Assembly (NCBI GenBank): GCA_032654565.1
Contig: JAULAX010000017.1
Location: 32,001-96,000, forward strand
Source: Anaeromyxobacteraceae bacterium
Lineage (GTDB): Bacteria > Myxococcota > Myxococcia > Myxococcales > Anaeromyxobacteraceae
Direction: 5' to 3'
Length of the DNA: 64,000 nucleotides
Shown here one piece after another: positions 42,531-52,270 of the stretch; the stretch's first letter is position 1; every line of letters starts with the position of its first letter. The notes below the pieces were generated by a model. That model ran no database searches. It was given only the letters and a program-made list of their open reading frames with translations, and was not told the origin of the DNA. Both the position numbers and the translations under genes were made by a program.

Positions 42531-44359
42531 GTGACATCGCCCATCCAGGACTACCTCGACCGCTTGCACCGCCAACTCGCCGGCATCGGCGATGGCCAGG
42601 TCGCCACCTACATCCCCGAACTCGCCAAGGCCGACCCGTCGGCCTTCGGCATCGCCATCGCCACCGTCGACGGCCGCGTCTACGAAGTCGGCGCGACGCG
42701 CGAGCGCTTCACCATCCAGTCGATCTCCAAGCCACTGGTGTACGGCGTCGCGCTGGAAGACCGCGGCATGGAGCAGGTGCGCCGCACGGTCGGCGTGGAG
42801 CCTTCGGGCGATGCCTTCAACTCGATCAGCCTGGAGCCCGGCACCGGGCGGCCGATGAACCCGATGATCAACGCCGGCGCCATCGCCACCACGTCGCTGG
42901 TGGCCGGTGCCACGCGCGAGCAGCGGCTGGCGCGCGTGCTCTCGGCGATGTCGGCCTACGCCGGGCGCGAGCTGGGCATCGACGAGGCGGTGTTCGAATC
43001 CGAACGCGCCACCGGCCACCGCAACCGCGCCATCGGCCACATGCTGCGCAACTACGCCATCCTCACCGAGGACCCGGAGGCCGCACTCGAGCTCTACTTC
43101 CGCCAGTGCTCGGTGCTGATCGAGTGCCGCGACCTCGCGCTGATGGCCGCCACGCTGGCCAACGGCGGCACGCACCCGGTGACCGGCGCGAGCGCGGTGA
43201 AGTCCGAATTCGTCGGCCCCATCCTCAGCGTGATGGCCACCTGCGGTGTCTACGACTTCACCGGCGAGTGGGTCTACCGCGTCGGCCTGCCGGCCAAGAG
43301 CGGCGTGGGCGGCGGCATCATGGCGGTGCTGCCCGGACAGCTGGGCATCGGCGTGTACTCGCCGGCGCTGGACGAGCGCGGCAACAGCGTGCGCGGCGTG
43401 AAGGCCTGCGAAGCGATCTCGCGCGACCTCGGCCTGCATTTCCTGCAGCCGCCGCGCGCCTCGGTGGCCACCGTGCGCGCGAGCTACACGCTGGCCGATC
43501 TGCGCTCCAAGCGCCGCCGTTCCATCGCCGAAGGCCGCCTGCTCGCCGAGCACGGTGCCGCGGCGCGCGTGTTCGAGCTGCAGGGCGACCTGCGCTTCGC
43601 CACCATCGAGCCGGTGCTGCATGCCATCGTCGAGGATCCGCGGCCGCTGCAGTTCGCGGTGCTCGACTTCAAGCGCGTCACCCATGTCGATCGGGCCGCC
43701 ACGCGCATGCTCGCAGCCCTGGTGGCGCGCAGCGCCGGGCGTGGCCAGCATGTGGTGCTGACACGCGTGCGCCGCGGCGAACTGCTCGCCGCGCTGGACA
43801 GCGAGCTCGACCCGCGCGCGGCACGCGCGCTGAGCTTCCAGCCGCAGCTCGACCTCGGCCTGGAGTGGTGCGAGCGCGCCCTGCTCGCGCAGCACGGCGG
43901 CACGCACACGGTCAGCGCCGTGTCGCGGCTGGCCGACCATCGCCTGTGCGAGGGGGCATCGAACGACGACGTCGCGCTGCTCGAGACGCTGGTCACGCGC
44001 GTGCAGTTCGAGCCCGGCATGCTGGTGGTGCGGCGCGGCGACCCGGCCGACGCGGTCTACTTCCTGATGCGCGGCGAGGTCAGCGTGGTGGTCGACCTGC
44101 CGGCGGGCGGGCAGAAGCGGCTGTCCACGCTGTCGGCCGGCATGAGCTTCGGCGAGATGGCGCTGCTCGCCGGCGGCCAGCGCTCGGCCAGCGCGCGCGC
44201 CGACACGCCGGTCGAATGCTGCGCGCTCGACCGGGCGGCCTTCGCGCGGATCGAGCGCGAGCGGCTCGCTCGCGCTGCGCCTGCTGCGCAACCTGCTGCA
44301 CAGCACGCTGCAGACCGCCGTGCAGCTCACCGGCGAGGTGGCCGCGCTCGAGAGGCTGA
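42531..44359 (+). CDS. glsA: Glutaminase A with STAS and cNMP domains; frameshifted near the 3' end
   Basis: [27 protein letters not shown]; the expected terminal helix [10 protein letters not shown] continues in another frame from ~44265. Confidence 0.85.
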
Positions 44360-44906
44360 TACCGATCCGCGATGGACGGATCGGGAATGTGTCCGAGCGG
44401 GCGGCTGCTTGCGCACGTTGCGGTCGTTCGTATGGAGTCTTACGACGGTCGGCGTGACAGGGCGCTGGCCGGGCCCGTGTTCTCCGGCCCAGGCTCGCGG
44501 GCGGCCACCGCGTGAAGCAACGCGGGCCTCTTCAACACCACCCACTCCTGCCACCGCCAGGGCGATCAGCGAATGGGGCCTGCGCCCACGGGCCCAACCA
44601 TCGCCCTGCTGCTGCGTTCGTGGTGCGTGTCGATGAAGTCCTCGGTGCCCCTGGGCGGGTGGTTCGGGTGTGCGATCGCAGGCCCCATTCGCGGTCGCCC
44701 TGGCGATGAGGTGAAGAAGCGGCGTTGACGAGGCGAGGTGGGCAGGCCTCCGGTCGTCGCCCGCGAGCGTGGGCCGGAGAGCGCATACCCGGAGCGCCCG
44801 TCGCGCGCCAGCCGTTGCAGGACTCAAGATCGAACGACCGCTACGTGCCAGCAGTAGCCTTCGCCCCCAAGTCGGTTCTTTTCCCGACTTCGAACGCCAA
44901 TCCGTA

Positions 44907-45140
44907 TCAGGACGACAGACGGCCCTTGACCAGTCGCAGGATCCGATCGCAGCGCGCGGCGAGCGACTCGTCGTCCGCGTCACCAGCACGGCGGTGCCCT
45001 GGCCGCGCGCCAGATCGATCATCAGCGCGAACACCGCGTCGGCGGTGTCGCGGTCGAGGTTGCCGGTGGGCTCGTCGGCGAGCACGCAGCCCGGCTTGCC
45101 GGCCAGGGCGCGCGCGATCGCCACGCGCTGGCGCTCGCCA
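44907..45140 (-). pseudogene. lolD: 3' fragment of a LolD-like ABC ATPase with an indel
   Basis: [22 protein letters not shown]; the VTHD motif is disrupted; no Walker A. Confidence 0.7.
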
Positions 45141-45149
45141 TGGCCGGCT

Positions 45150-45808
45150 GCGCTGAGCGGGGCGTTCTTCTTCAGCACCGACACCGCGCCGGCGGCGTCG
45201 ACGAACTCGATGCGGTACTCGGTGGCCTTCTGGATGGTGGTCGAGGTCTCGTGGCCGTAGAAGTCGCCGGCCTTCATGTGGGCCACGTGGGCCTTGGAGT
45301 CTGTGGACCAGGCCCCCAGCTTGTGCGGGTTCTTGCGGGAGAAGGCCTTGACCGCGGGGGGCGAGCGGCGGTCGGAGTTGCCCTCGCGGAGCACCGGGTT
45401 GACGGCGCTGCCGAGGCACCTGGCGTAGCGCGCCTGGATGGCCTTCTCGGCCTCGTCCCTGGGGACCTCGGGGTAGCTGGGGACCTTGTAGCCGTGGGCC
45501 TGCAGCTCGGCGATGGCCTCCTTGAGCTGCGGGAGCGAGGCGCTGACGTTGGGGAGCTTGACGATGTTGGCGTCCGGCGTCTTGGCCAGCTCGCCGAGCT
45601 GGGCGAGGTAGTCGGGGAGGCGCTGCTCGGGGGTGAGGTTCTCGGGGAAGTTGGCGATGATGCGGCCGGCGACCGAGATGTCCCGCGTCTCGACCTCGAC
45701 GCCCGTGCCCTTGACGAAGGCCTGGACGAGGGGGAGCAGGGAGTAGGTGGCCAGGGCCGGGGCTTCGTCGATCTGCGTCCAGATGATCTTCGACGTCTTG
45801 TTGGTCAT
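45150..45808 (-). pseudogene. icd: N-terminal ~220 codons of a monomeric NADP-dependent isocitrate dehydrogenase, truncated at the junction
   Basis: [34 protein letters not shown]; the full-length family is about 740 aa. Confidence 0.85.
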
Positions 45809-46245
45809 TCCGTCTCCGTGAAAGTGCCGCGTTCGTCGCCAGCGAGCAGCAGGGCTCGTGCGATGGGGAGGTACCTCGCCCCGTGGATCTCGGTGGGGAA
45901 GCTAAACATCAAGAGTGGGCCCACCTGTCAAGGCATTGGAGGGATGCAATCTGGACCCGTCAGGACCAGAAAAGCCGCTCGCACCACGCGTGGACCGGGC
46001 CATTTCGCCTGGCAGGCCTTCGGCCCCGCCGGCTCCGGGCGCCGCACCGGAGGGCCCTTCCTGGTGACTCCGAGTACGAGGCCACGTTGTCGCACGTGGA
46101 CGACGCGCCACGTCGAAACCGGGCCCTCGGCGGCGTTGGCCGGCGCCTCCTCGGCGGGGGGCCTGAGGGACCGCCCCTGCGCGCCGTGGCGCACCCGCGG
46201 AGCGATTGCCGGCGGACGGTGCCCGTGTCACCATGCCCGCCCACC

Positions 46246-47079
46246 ATGCGGAACCCGGCGCTCCTCGCCATGGCCCTGCTCGCGGCCACCTCACCGGCAC
46301 CGGCGGGGGGGGGCCTCCCCGAGCCCCTGCGGCTCAGCGGCACCGGCAGCTCGCTCGGCGCCCTGCGCCTGCTCGCCGAGGCCTTCGAGAAGGCCAACCC
46401 GGGCCAGGCCGTGCGCATCTTCCCCAGCGTGGGGAGCTCGGGCGCCATCAAGGCGGTGGCCGACGGGGCGCTCGACATCGGCATCTCGGGGCGCCCGCTC
46501 CATCCCGCCGAGCAGGCCAGCGGCCTGCTGGCCCTGCCCTACGCCCGCACCCCGTTCGTCTTCGCGGTGGGGTCGCGGGTCGGAGCCCCGGGCATCACCG
46601 CCGTCGAGCTGGCCCGCATCTACCGGGGCGAGGCCAGCGCCTGGCCGGACGGGGAGCGGATCCGGCTGGTGCTGCGTCCACGCACCGACGTCGACACCCT
46701 CTACGTCCGCTCCCTCTCCCCGGAGCTCGACGCGGCCATGGAGGTGGCGCTGGGGCGCGAGGGGATGTTGATGGCCGCCACCAACCAGGACTGCAACGAC
46801 GCCCTGAGCCACATCCCCGGGTCGCTCGGGCCGTCCACCCTGACCCAGCTGCTCACCGAGAACCGGCCCATCCGGGCGCTGGCCTGGAACGGGGTGGCGC
46901 CGACGCTGGAGCACCTGGCCAGCGGCGCCTACCCGCTCTCCAAGCCGCTGCTGCTGGTGGTCCGCACCGGCCCCTCCGCGGCGGTCCGGCGCTTCATCGC
47001 CTTCCTGGGCACGCCCGTCGCCGCCGGGATCCTGGAGCGGACCGGCAACCTCCCGCTGGCGCTGCCCCCGGTGCCGTGA
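46246..47079 (+). CDS. PstS-like periplasmic substrate-binding protein
   Basis: Signal peptide; SGTGS, GSSGAIKAV, SGAYPLSKPL. Confidence 0.75.
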   Translation: MRNPALLAMALLAATSPAPAGGGLPEPLRLSGTGSSLGALRLLAEAFEKANPGQAVRIFPSVGSSGAIKAVADGALDIGISGRPLHPAEQASGLLALPYARTPFVFAVGSRVGAPGITAVELARIYRGEASAWPDGERIRLVLRPRTDVDTLYVRSLSPELDAAMEVALGREGMLMAATNQDCNDALSHIPGSLGPSTLTQLLTENRPIRALAWNGVAPTLEHLASGAYPLSKPLLLVVRTGPSAAVRRFIAFLGTPVAAGILERTGNLPLALPPVP

Positions 47080-47083
47080 CCCC

Positions 47084-49102
47084 ATGAACGCCGACGACCG
47101 GGTGCGCAGGCTGGTCTCGATCGCCGGGGGGGTGCTCACCGCCCTGGCGGTGGTGCTGCCGCCGGCCATCTACTTCGGCCTCTCCTACCAGCACGCCGCC
47201 GGCAGCCTGGAGGCCGAGGCCGAGCTCAACTCCATCGCCATCACCCGGATCATCGCCGCCAACCCGGACCTCTGGACCTACGAGCAGGTCCGCCTCGCCG
47301 AGTTCCTGGCGCTGCGCCCCCGGCACCAGGACGCCGAGCGCCGCCGGGTGCTCGACCTGCAGGGGTGGGTGGTGGCCGAGAGCACCGACCCGCTCCCCGA
47401 GCCGGCGGTGGTCCGCTCGCTGCCGCTCCGCGACGCCGGGGTGCCGGTGGGGCGGATCGAGGTGGCCCGGTCGCTGCGCCCCATCCTGCTCCGGTCGCTG
47501 CTCTTCGGCCTGGCGCTGCTGCCGCTGGGGGTGGGGGCCTACGTCATCCTGCGGTCGGTGCCCCTGCGGGCCATCCAGGCCGGCCAGCGTGCGCTGCGCC
47601 GCCAGCGCGACGCCGCCCAGAGCTACCTCGACCTGGCCGGGGTTGCCTTCGTCCGGCTCGACGGGGGGCTGCGGGTCACGCTGGTCAACCGCCAGGCCGA
47701 GGCGGTGCTGGGCCGGCCCGCCAGCGAGGTGCTGGGCCGGCCCTGGGTCGAGGGGTTCGTGGAGCCCGCCGCCCGGGCGCGCGTCGCCGCCGAGCTGGCC
47801 CGGGTCCGCCCCGGCCAGGTGCTGGCCCTGGAGCACGCCGTCCTCCGGCCCGGCGGAGAGCCCCGCATCCTGGCCTGGTTCGTCACCCCGGCGGCCGACG
47901 AGGAGGGGCGCCCCGGCCTGCTGGCCTCGGGCGTGGACCTGACCCGCCAGAAGGAGCTGGAGCGCCAGCTGCTGCAGTCGCAGAAGCTGGAGGCGGTGGG
48001 CCGGCTGGCCGGCGGCGTGGCCCACGAGTTCAACAACATCCTCTCGGTCATCAAGGTCTACGGCTCGGCGCTGCTGCGCGCCTTCGGCCCCGAGTCCGCC
48101 TACCGGGTCGACGTCCAGGAGATCGTGTCCGCCGCCGACCGGGCCGCAGCGGTGGCGCGCAGCCTGCTCACCTTCAGCCGCCGGCAGGAGCTGGTGGCGG
48201 CGCCGGTCGACCTGGCCGCGGTGCTCCGCTCGGCCGAGCGGCTGCTGCGGCCGCTCCTCCGCGGCGACATCCGGCTCCAGGTCGAGGTCCCGTCCCAGCC
48301 GCTGCCGGTGCTGGCCGACCCGGTCCAGCTCGAGCAGGTGCTGCTCAACCTGGTGACCAACGCCCGCGACGCCATCGGCGGGGCCGGGACCATCGCCGTC
48401 TCCGCGGCGGAGGAGACCCTGGAGGCCACCCAGGCCCAGCCCCTCGGCCTGGCCGGGCCGGGACGCTTCGCCCGCCTCCAGGTCAGCGACGACGGCGCCG
48501 GCTTCGACGCCGCCACCCGGGCCCGGCTCTTCGAGCCCTTCTTCACCACCAAGCCGGTCGGCAAGGGGACCGGGCTGGGGCTCTCCATCGCCTACGGCAT
48601 CGTCGCCCAGCACGGCGGCGCCATCGGCTGCGCCAGCGAGCCGGGGGAGGGGACCACCTTCACCATCCGGCTCCCGCTGCTGGCCGCCCTGGCCGAGGCG
48701 CCGGCGGTGGCGGCCGCGCCCCCGCCGCCGACGGGCAGCGAGACCATCCTGGTGGCGGAGGACGATCCGGCGCTGCGCCGGGTGCTGCGCCGGCTCCTGG
48801 AGCGGACCGGGTACACGGTGGTCGAGGCCGGCGACGGGCTGGAGGCGGTGGAGCGGTTCGAAGCCGACCGGGACCGGATCGACCTGGTGCTCCTCGACGT
48901 GATCATGCCGGGGCAGAACGGGCGGCAGGCGCTGGACCGGATCCGGGCGCTGGCCCCGGGCGTGCCGGCCATCTTCCTGAGCGGCCACACCGCCGACCTG
49001 GCCGACCAGCGGGAGATCGACCTGGGTGCGGAGCCGCTGCTGCGCAAGCCGATGGAGCCGGGCGACCTGCTCCGCGAGGTGCGGGCCCGGCTCGACGCCT
49101 GA
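47084..49102 (+). CDS. Hybrid sensor histidine kinase (TM, PAS, HisKA, HATPase, receiver)
   Basis: AHEFNNIL, NLVTNARDA, FFTTK..GTGLGL, LVAEDD, LLDVIMP, RKP. Confidence 0.92.
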   Translation: MNADDRVRRLVSIAGGVLTALAVVLPPAIYFGLSYQHAAGSLEAEAELNSIAITRIIAANPDLWTYEQVRLAEFLALRPRHQDAERRRVLDLQGWVVAESTDPLPEPAVVRSLPLRDAGVPVGRIEVARSLRPILLRSLLFGLALLPLGVGAYVILRSVPLRAIQAGQRALRRQRDAAQSYLDLAGVAFVRLDGGLRVTLVNRQAEAVLGRPASEVLGRPWVEGFVEPAARARVAAELARVRPGQVLALEHAVLRPGGEPRILAWFVTPAADEEGRPGLLASGVDLTRQKELERQLLQSQKLEAVGRLAGGVAHEFNNILSVIKVYGSALLRAFGPESAYRVDVQEIVSAADRAAAVARSLLTFSRRQELVAAPVDLAAVLRSAERLLRPLLRGDIRLQVEVPSQPLPVLADPVQLEQVLLNLVTNARDAIGGAGTIAVSAAEETLEATQAQPLGLAGPGRFARLQVSDDGAGFDAATRARLFEPFFTTKPVGKGTGLGLSIAYGIVAQHGGAIGCASEPGEGTTFTIRLPLLAALAEAPAVAAAPPPPTGSETILVAEDDPALRRVLRRLLERTGYTVVEAGDGLEAVERFEADRDRIDLVLLDVIMPGQNGRQALDRIRALAPGVPAIFLSGHTADLADQREIDLGAEPLLRKPMEPGDLLREVRARLDA

Positions 49103-49142
49103 GCGCCTGTCACCGGGCCCAGGGCCCGGCGGTCCGCCGGGG

Positions 49143-50129
49143 TCACCGGCCCGGCGGCCGGCGCGCCGGGGCGGGTGGGGTGAGCAGCCCGGCCAGCGCC
49201 TCGGCCAGCCGACCCGCGGTCGACAGCGTCCCGGCCTCGGCCGCCAGCGCCCGGCGCGCCGCCTCCTCGAGGGGCAGCGGCGGCGACAGCCCGGCGGCGG
49301 CCCAGAAGCCCGGCCGCGTCGCCAGCAGGTCGCTGGTCAACCCGGCCACCAGCTCGCGGGCCAGCCGGAAGTCGGCGCGGGTCACCAGCCGGATCCAGTG
49401 GGAGGAGAGGCGCGGGGTCACCAGCGGGACCCGGAGCAGCAGCGGCCGGCGCCCCATCACCGCGGCCACCCGGAGCAGGATCTCGGTGCCGGAGAGCGGC
49501 TCCGGCCCGGGGAGATCCCACCAGGCGCTGCGCGGCAGCGCCAGCCGCCCGCCCGCGTCCAGCGCCGCCACCACGTCGTCGAGCGCCACCGGCTCGCTCC
49601 GGTGGGCCAGCCAGGCCGGCAGGACCATGGCCGGGAGGCGGGCGGCCAGGTCGCGCACGATGGTCCAGGAGGCGCTCCCGGCGCCGACGATCATCCCGGC
49701 CCGGAGCTCCAGGCAGGGCACCGCCCCGCTCCGCAGCGCCTCGCCGGTCTGCAGGCGCGAGCGCAGGTGGGCCGACGGCGACCCCTGGGGCGCCACCCCG
49801 CCGAGGTAGACGATCCGCTCCAGCCCGGCCGCGCCCGCCGCCTCGGCGAAGTCCTCGGCCCAGCGCAGCTCCTCGTCTTCCCAGCCGGGCTGGGCCGAGG
49901 TCATGCCGTGGACCAGGTAGTAGGCGGTGGTGCAGCCGGCCAGGGCGGGGGCCAGCGAGGCCGGGGCGCCGACGTCGCCGCCGACCCAGCGAGCCTCGGG
50001 CCAGCGCCGCCGGGCCTCCTCGGGGCGGCGGGTCAGGCAGCGGACCTCGGCGCCGCCCGCCACCAGCCGCGCGTGCAGGTGGCGGCCGATGAAGCCGCTG
50101 GCGCCGGTGAGGAGGAGCCGTTCGGGCAT
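49143..50129 (-). CDS. Atypical SDR / NAD(P)H-binding protein (YbjT-like)
   Basis: TGASGFIG, YYLVHGM, SAHLRSR, GAGSAS. Confidence 0.8.
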   Translation of the reverse strand: MPERLLLTGASGFIGRHLHARLVAGGAEVRCLTRRPEEARRRWPEARWVGGDVGAPASLAPALAGCTTAYYLVHGMTSAQPGWEDEELRWAEDFAEAAGAAGLERIVYLGGVAPQGSPSAHLRSRLQTGEALRSGAVPCLELRAGMIVGAGSASWTIVRDLAARLPAMVLPAWLAHRSEPVALDDVVAALDAGGRLALPRSAWWDLPGPEPLSGTEILLRVAAVMGRRPLLLRVPLVTPRLSSHWIRLVTRADFRLARELVAGLTSDLLATRPGFWAAAGLSPPLPLEEAARRALAAEAGTLSTAGRLAEALAGLLTPPAPARRPPGR

Positions 50130-50162
50130 GGCGGTTCCCACCTTGCTACAGTGCCCACGACG

Positions 50163-50828
50163 ATGCCACCTCGCCACGACGCCGCGGCGCCGACGCTGCT
50201 GTCGCCCCGCCTCGACCTGCCGCTCGCCGTCGCCGCCTGGATGCTCGGCTTCCTCTGGATCGGCCTGCGGGGCAGCTGGCTGCCGCTGGCGGCCCTGGCG
50301 GTGCTGCTGGCGGTCCGGCTGGTGGCCGGCGACCCCGGGACCCGCGGCCTGCTCCGGCCCAGCTGGGCCGGGCTGGCGCTCGGGCTGGCCGGCGCGGCGG
50401 GGCTCATCGCCGCCACCTACGGCCTCTACCGCCCGGTCGCGGCGCTCTTCCCCGGTCTCCCGGCGGCCACCCGTGGGCTCTACGGCCTGCTCAACGCCGG
50501 CGGCTATCCGCCGGCGGCGCTGGCCCTGCTGGTGCTGGTCATGTCGGTCTGCGAGGAGGTGGCCTGGCGGGGCCGGACCCTCTCGGCGGCCGCCGCCGGG
50601 ACCGGGGCCCGCCGGCTCGGCCGCGCGGCGCTCTCCAGGGTGGCGGCGGTCGGCCTGCTCTACGGCGCCGCCGCGCTCGGCTCGGGATCACCGGTCCTGG
50701 TGGCGCTCTCGGCCGGCTGCGGCATCTCCTGGGGGCTGCTCCGGGTGGCGGGGGGCTCGCTCTGGCCGGCCATCGTGGCCCATGCCTGCTGGGACCTGGC
50801 GGTGCTGGTCGGCTGGCCGATCGGCTGA
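50163..50828 (+). CDS. CPBP (Abi/CAAX) family intramembrane glutamic protease
   Basis: Multi-TM; EEVAWRG, AHACWD. Confidence 0.75.
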   Translation: MPPRHDAAAPTLLSPRLDLPLAVAAWMLGFLWIGLRGSWLPLAALAVLLAVRLVAGDPGTRGLLRPSWAGLALGLAGAAGLIAATYGLYRPVAALFPGLPAATRGLYGLLNAGGYPPAALALLVLVMSVCEEVAWRGRTLSAAAAGTGARRLGRAALSRVAAVGLLYGAAALGSGSPVLVALSAGCGISWGLLRVAGGSLWPAIVAHACWDLAVLVGWPIG

Positions 50829-50862
50829 GCCTCCTGGCGTCGGGCCGGGTGGCGCCCGGCGG

Positions 50863-51666
50863 TCACCGCTCCGGCGCGCCAGCGCGGGCCGCCTGCTCCA
50901 GCGCCGCCTCCACCGCCGCCCTCGCCGCAGGCGAGACCAGCTCGCCGCGGTGGCGCAGCAGGAGCTCCAGCAGCCCGAGCGCCGCCTCCACCACCGGGCG
51001 TCGCAGCACCTCGTCCAGCGCGCCAGCCACCCCGGGGAGCGCCGCCTCCAGCCGCCGGAACGGGTCGAGGTCGTCGAGGGCACCGGCGGCGTCGGGGGCC
51101 ACGGTGGGGCGGAGCAGGGTGACCAGGTGACCGAGCGCGGCGACCCGGACCAGCTGGTGGCCGGAGAGCCGCTCGCCGCGGGCGGCGCGCCCGGCGCCGG
51201 TGACCAGGGTGGTGAGCAGCTGGCCGGTGTGCCAGGGGAGGTCGAGCCGCGGACCGGCCAGGGAGGCCACGGTGGCCTGGCGCACCTGCGCCAGCCGCGG
51301 CGCCAGGTCGGCCCGGTCGAGCAGGAGGGCGTGGCGGTTGATGCGGGCCAGCGACAGCTCGCCCGGGTCGAAGACCGCGAACTCCACCAGGTGACCGCTG
51401 GCCAGCAGCACCTTGACGCCGTGGGCGGTCTCGCGGAAGGCCAGCGCCACCGGGCCGGCCGAGGCGGGGAGCCACCGCAGGTCGTCGCGGAACCGGTCCT
51501 GGGTCCCGGGGCGCACCACCAGGAAGAGGTCGTGGTCGGAGAAGCGATCCGGCCCGGGGGGCAGGCCCGAGGTGGAGCCCAGGCCGACCAGCCCCAGCAC
51601 CTCGGGGTCGCCGGCCAGCCGGTCGCGCACCGCCGCGGTGAAGGCCCGATGCTCGGCCGGCGTCAC
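50863..51666 (-). CDS. Putative nucleotidyltransferase-fold protein
   Basis: LVGLGS...DRFSDHDLFLV (GS...DxD) and a later VEF acidic residue. Confidence 0.6.
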   Translation of the reverse strand: MTPAEHRAFTAAVRDRLAGDPEVLGLVGLGSTSGLPPGPDRFSDHDLFLVVRPGTQDRFRDDLRWLPASAGPVALAFRETAHGVKVLLASGHLVEFAVFDPGELSLARINRHALLLDRADLAPRLAQVRQATVASLAGPRLDLPWHTGQLLTTLVTGAGRAARGERLSGHQLVRVAALGHLVTLLRPTVAPDAAGALDDLDPFRRLEAALPGVAGALDEVLRRPVVEAALGLLELLLRHRGELVSPAARAAVEAALEQAARAGAPER

Positions 51667-51680
51667 GGCTCCGGCTCCGA

Positions 51681-52085
51681 TCAGCGCAGCGGCAGCAGCG
51701 CCTTCAGCCGCGGGTCGCGCAGCCAGAGGGCCAGCCAGAGCACCACGCCGAGGAGGATCGGGGCGACGAACGGCTCGCCGATGCGGACGTGGGTGGCGAC
51801 GGCGCCGCCCAGGTAGCCGGTGAGCAGCACCGCGCCGAGCACGGCGGTGCGGGGGACCAGGTAGAGGACCGTGCACCCCAGCTCGACGAAGCCGAGGACG
51901 AAGAGCACCTCCACCGGCCAGCCGAGGTGGGGCGCCCCCTCGACCAGCTGGGGGTTGCGGGTCAGCTTCATGACGGCGCTCATCAGCAGCGCCGCCGCGG
52001 GGAGCGCGCTCAGCAGGGCGCTGGTCACGCGCAGCCACTTCGCGGGGGGTGCTGCCGGTGTGCCGTGGGCGTCGGCCTGTGACAT
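51681..52085 (-). CDS. DoxX family membrane protein
   Basis: SAVMKL, LLTGYLGGAVATH, LRDPRL. Confidence 0.85.
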   Translation of the reverse strand: MSQADAHGTPAAPPAKWLRVTSALLSALPAAALLMSAVMKLTRNPQLVEGAPHLGWPVEVLFVLGFVELGCTVLYLVPRTAVLGAVLLTGYLGGAVATHVRIGEPFVAPILLGVVLWLALWLRDPRLKALLPLR

Positions 52086-52270
52086 GGGCTCCTCCAGGGG
52101 ATCGGAGGTGAGGCTTAAGGGGGCGGCCGGTCCGGCGCAACCGGGGCCACCGCCGGGCTGCGGCGCGCCGCCACGCGCCCGAATGTCTCACCCCCGGCGC
52201 TCGAACGGCGCCGCGCACGGCGCGTGCTAGCTTCGGCGCTGGAGGTCCGTGCTCCTTGGGGGAGGGGAAC

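Noticed and set aside
44260..44636. Programmed frameshift or genuine C-terminal extension of glsA
   Set aside because: No slippery sequence is evident, and it lies at the edge of the error-rich zone where other indels occur.
44327..45808. 493-aa ORF as a novel IDH-ABC ATPase fusion
   Set aside because: Both parts are fragments (IDH lacks about two thirds, LolD lacks Walker A) and the tail is non-coding-like; a junction artefact explains it better.
45140..45808. icd disrupted by prophage or island integration
   Set aside because: No integrase, att-like repeat or restored 3' end; both flanks carry ordinary chromosomal genes.
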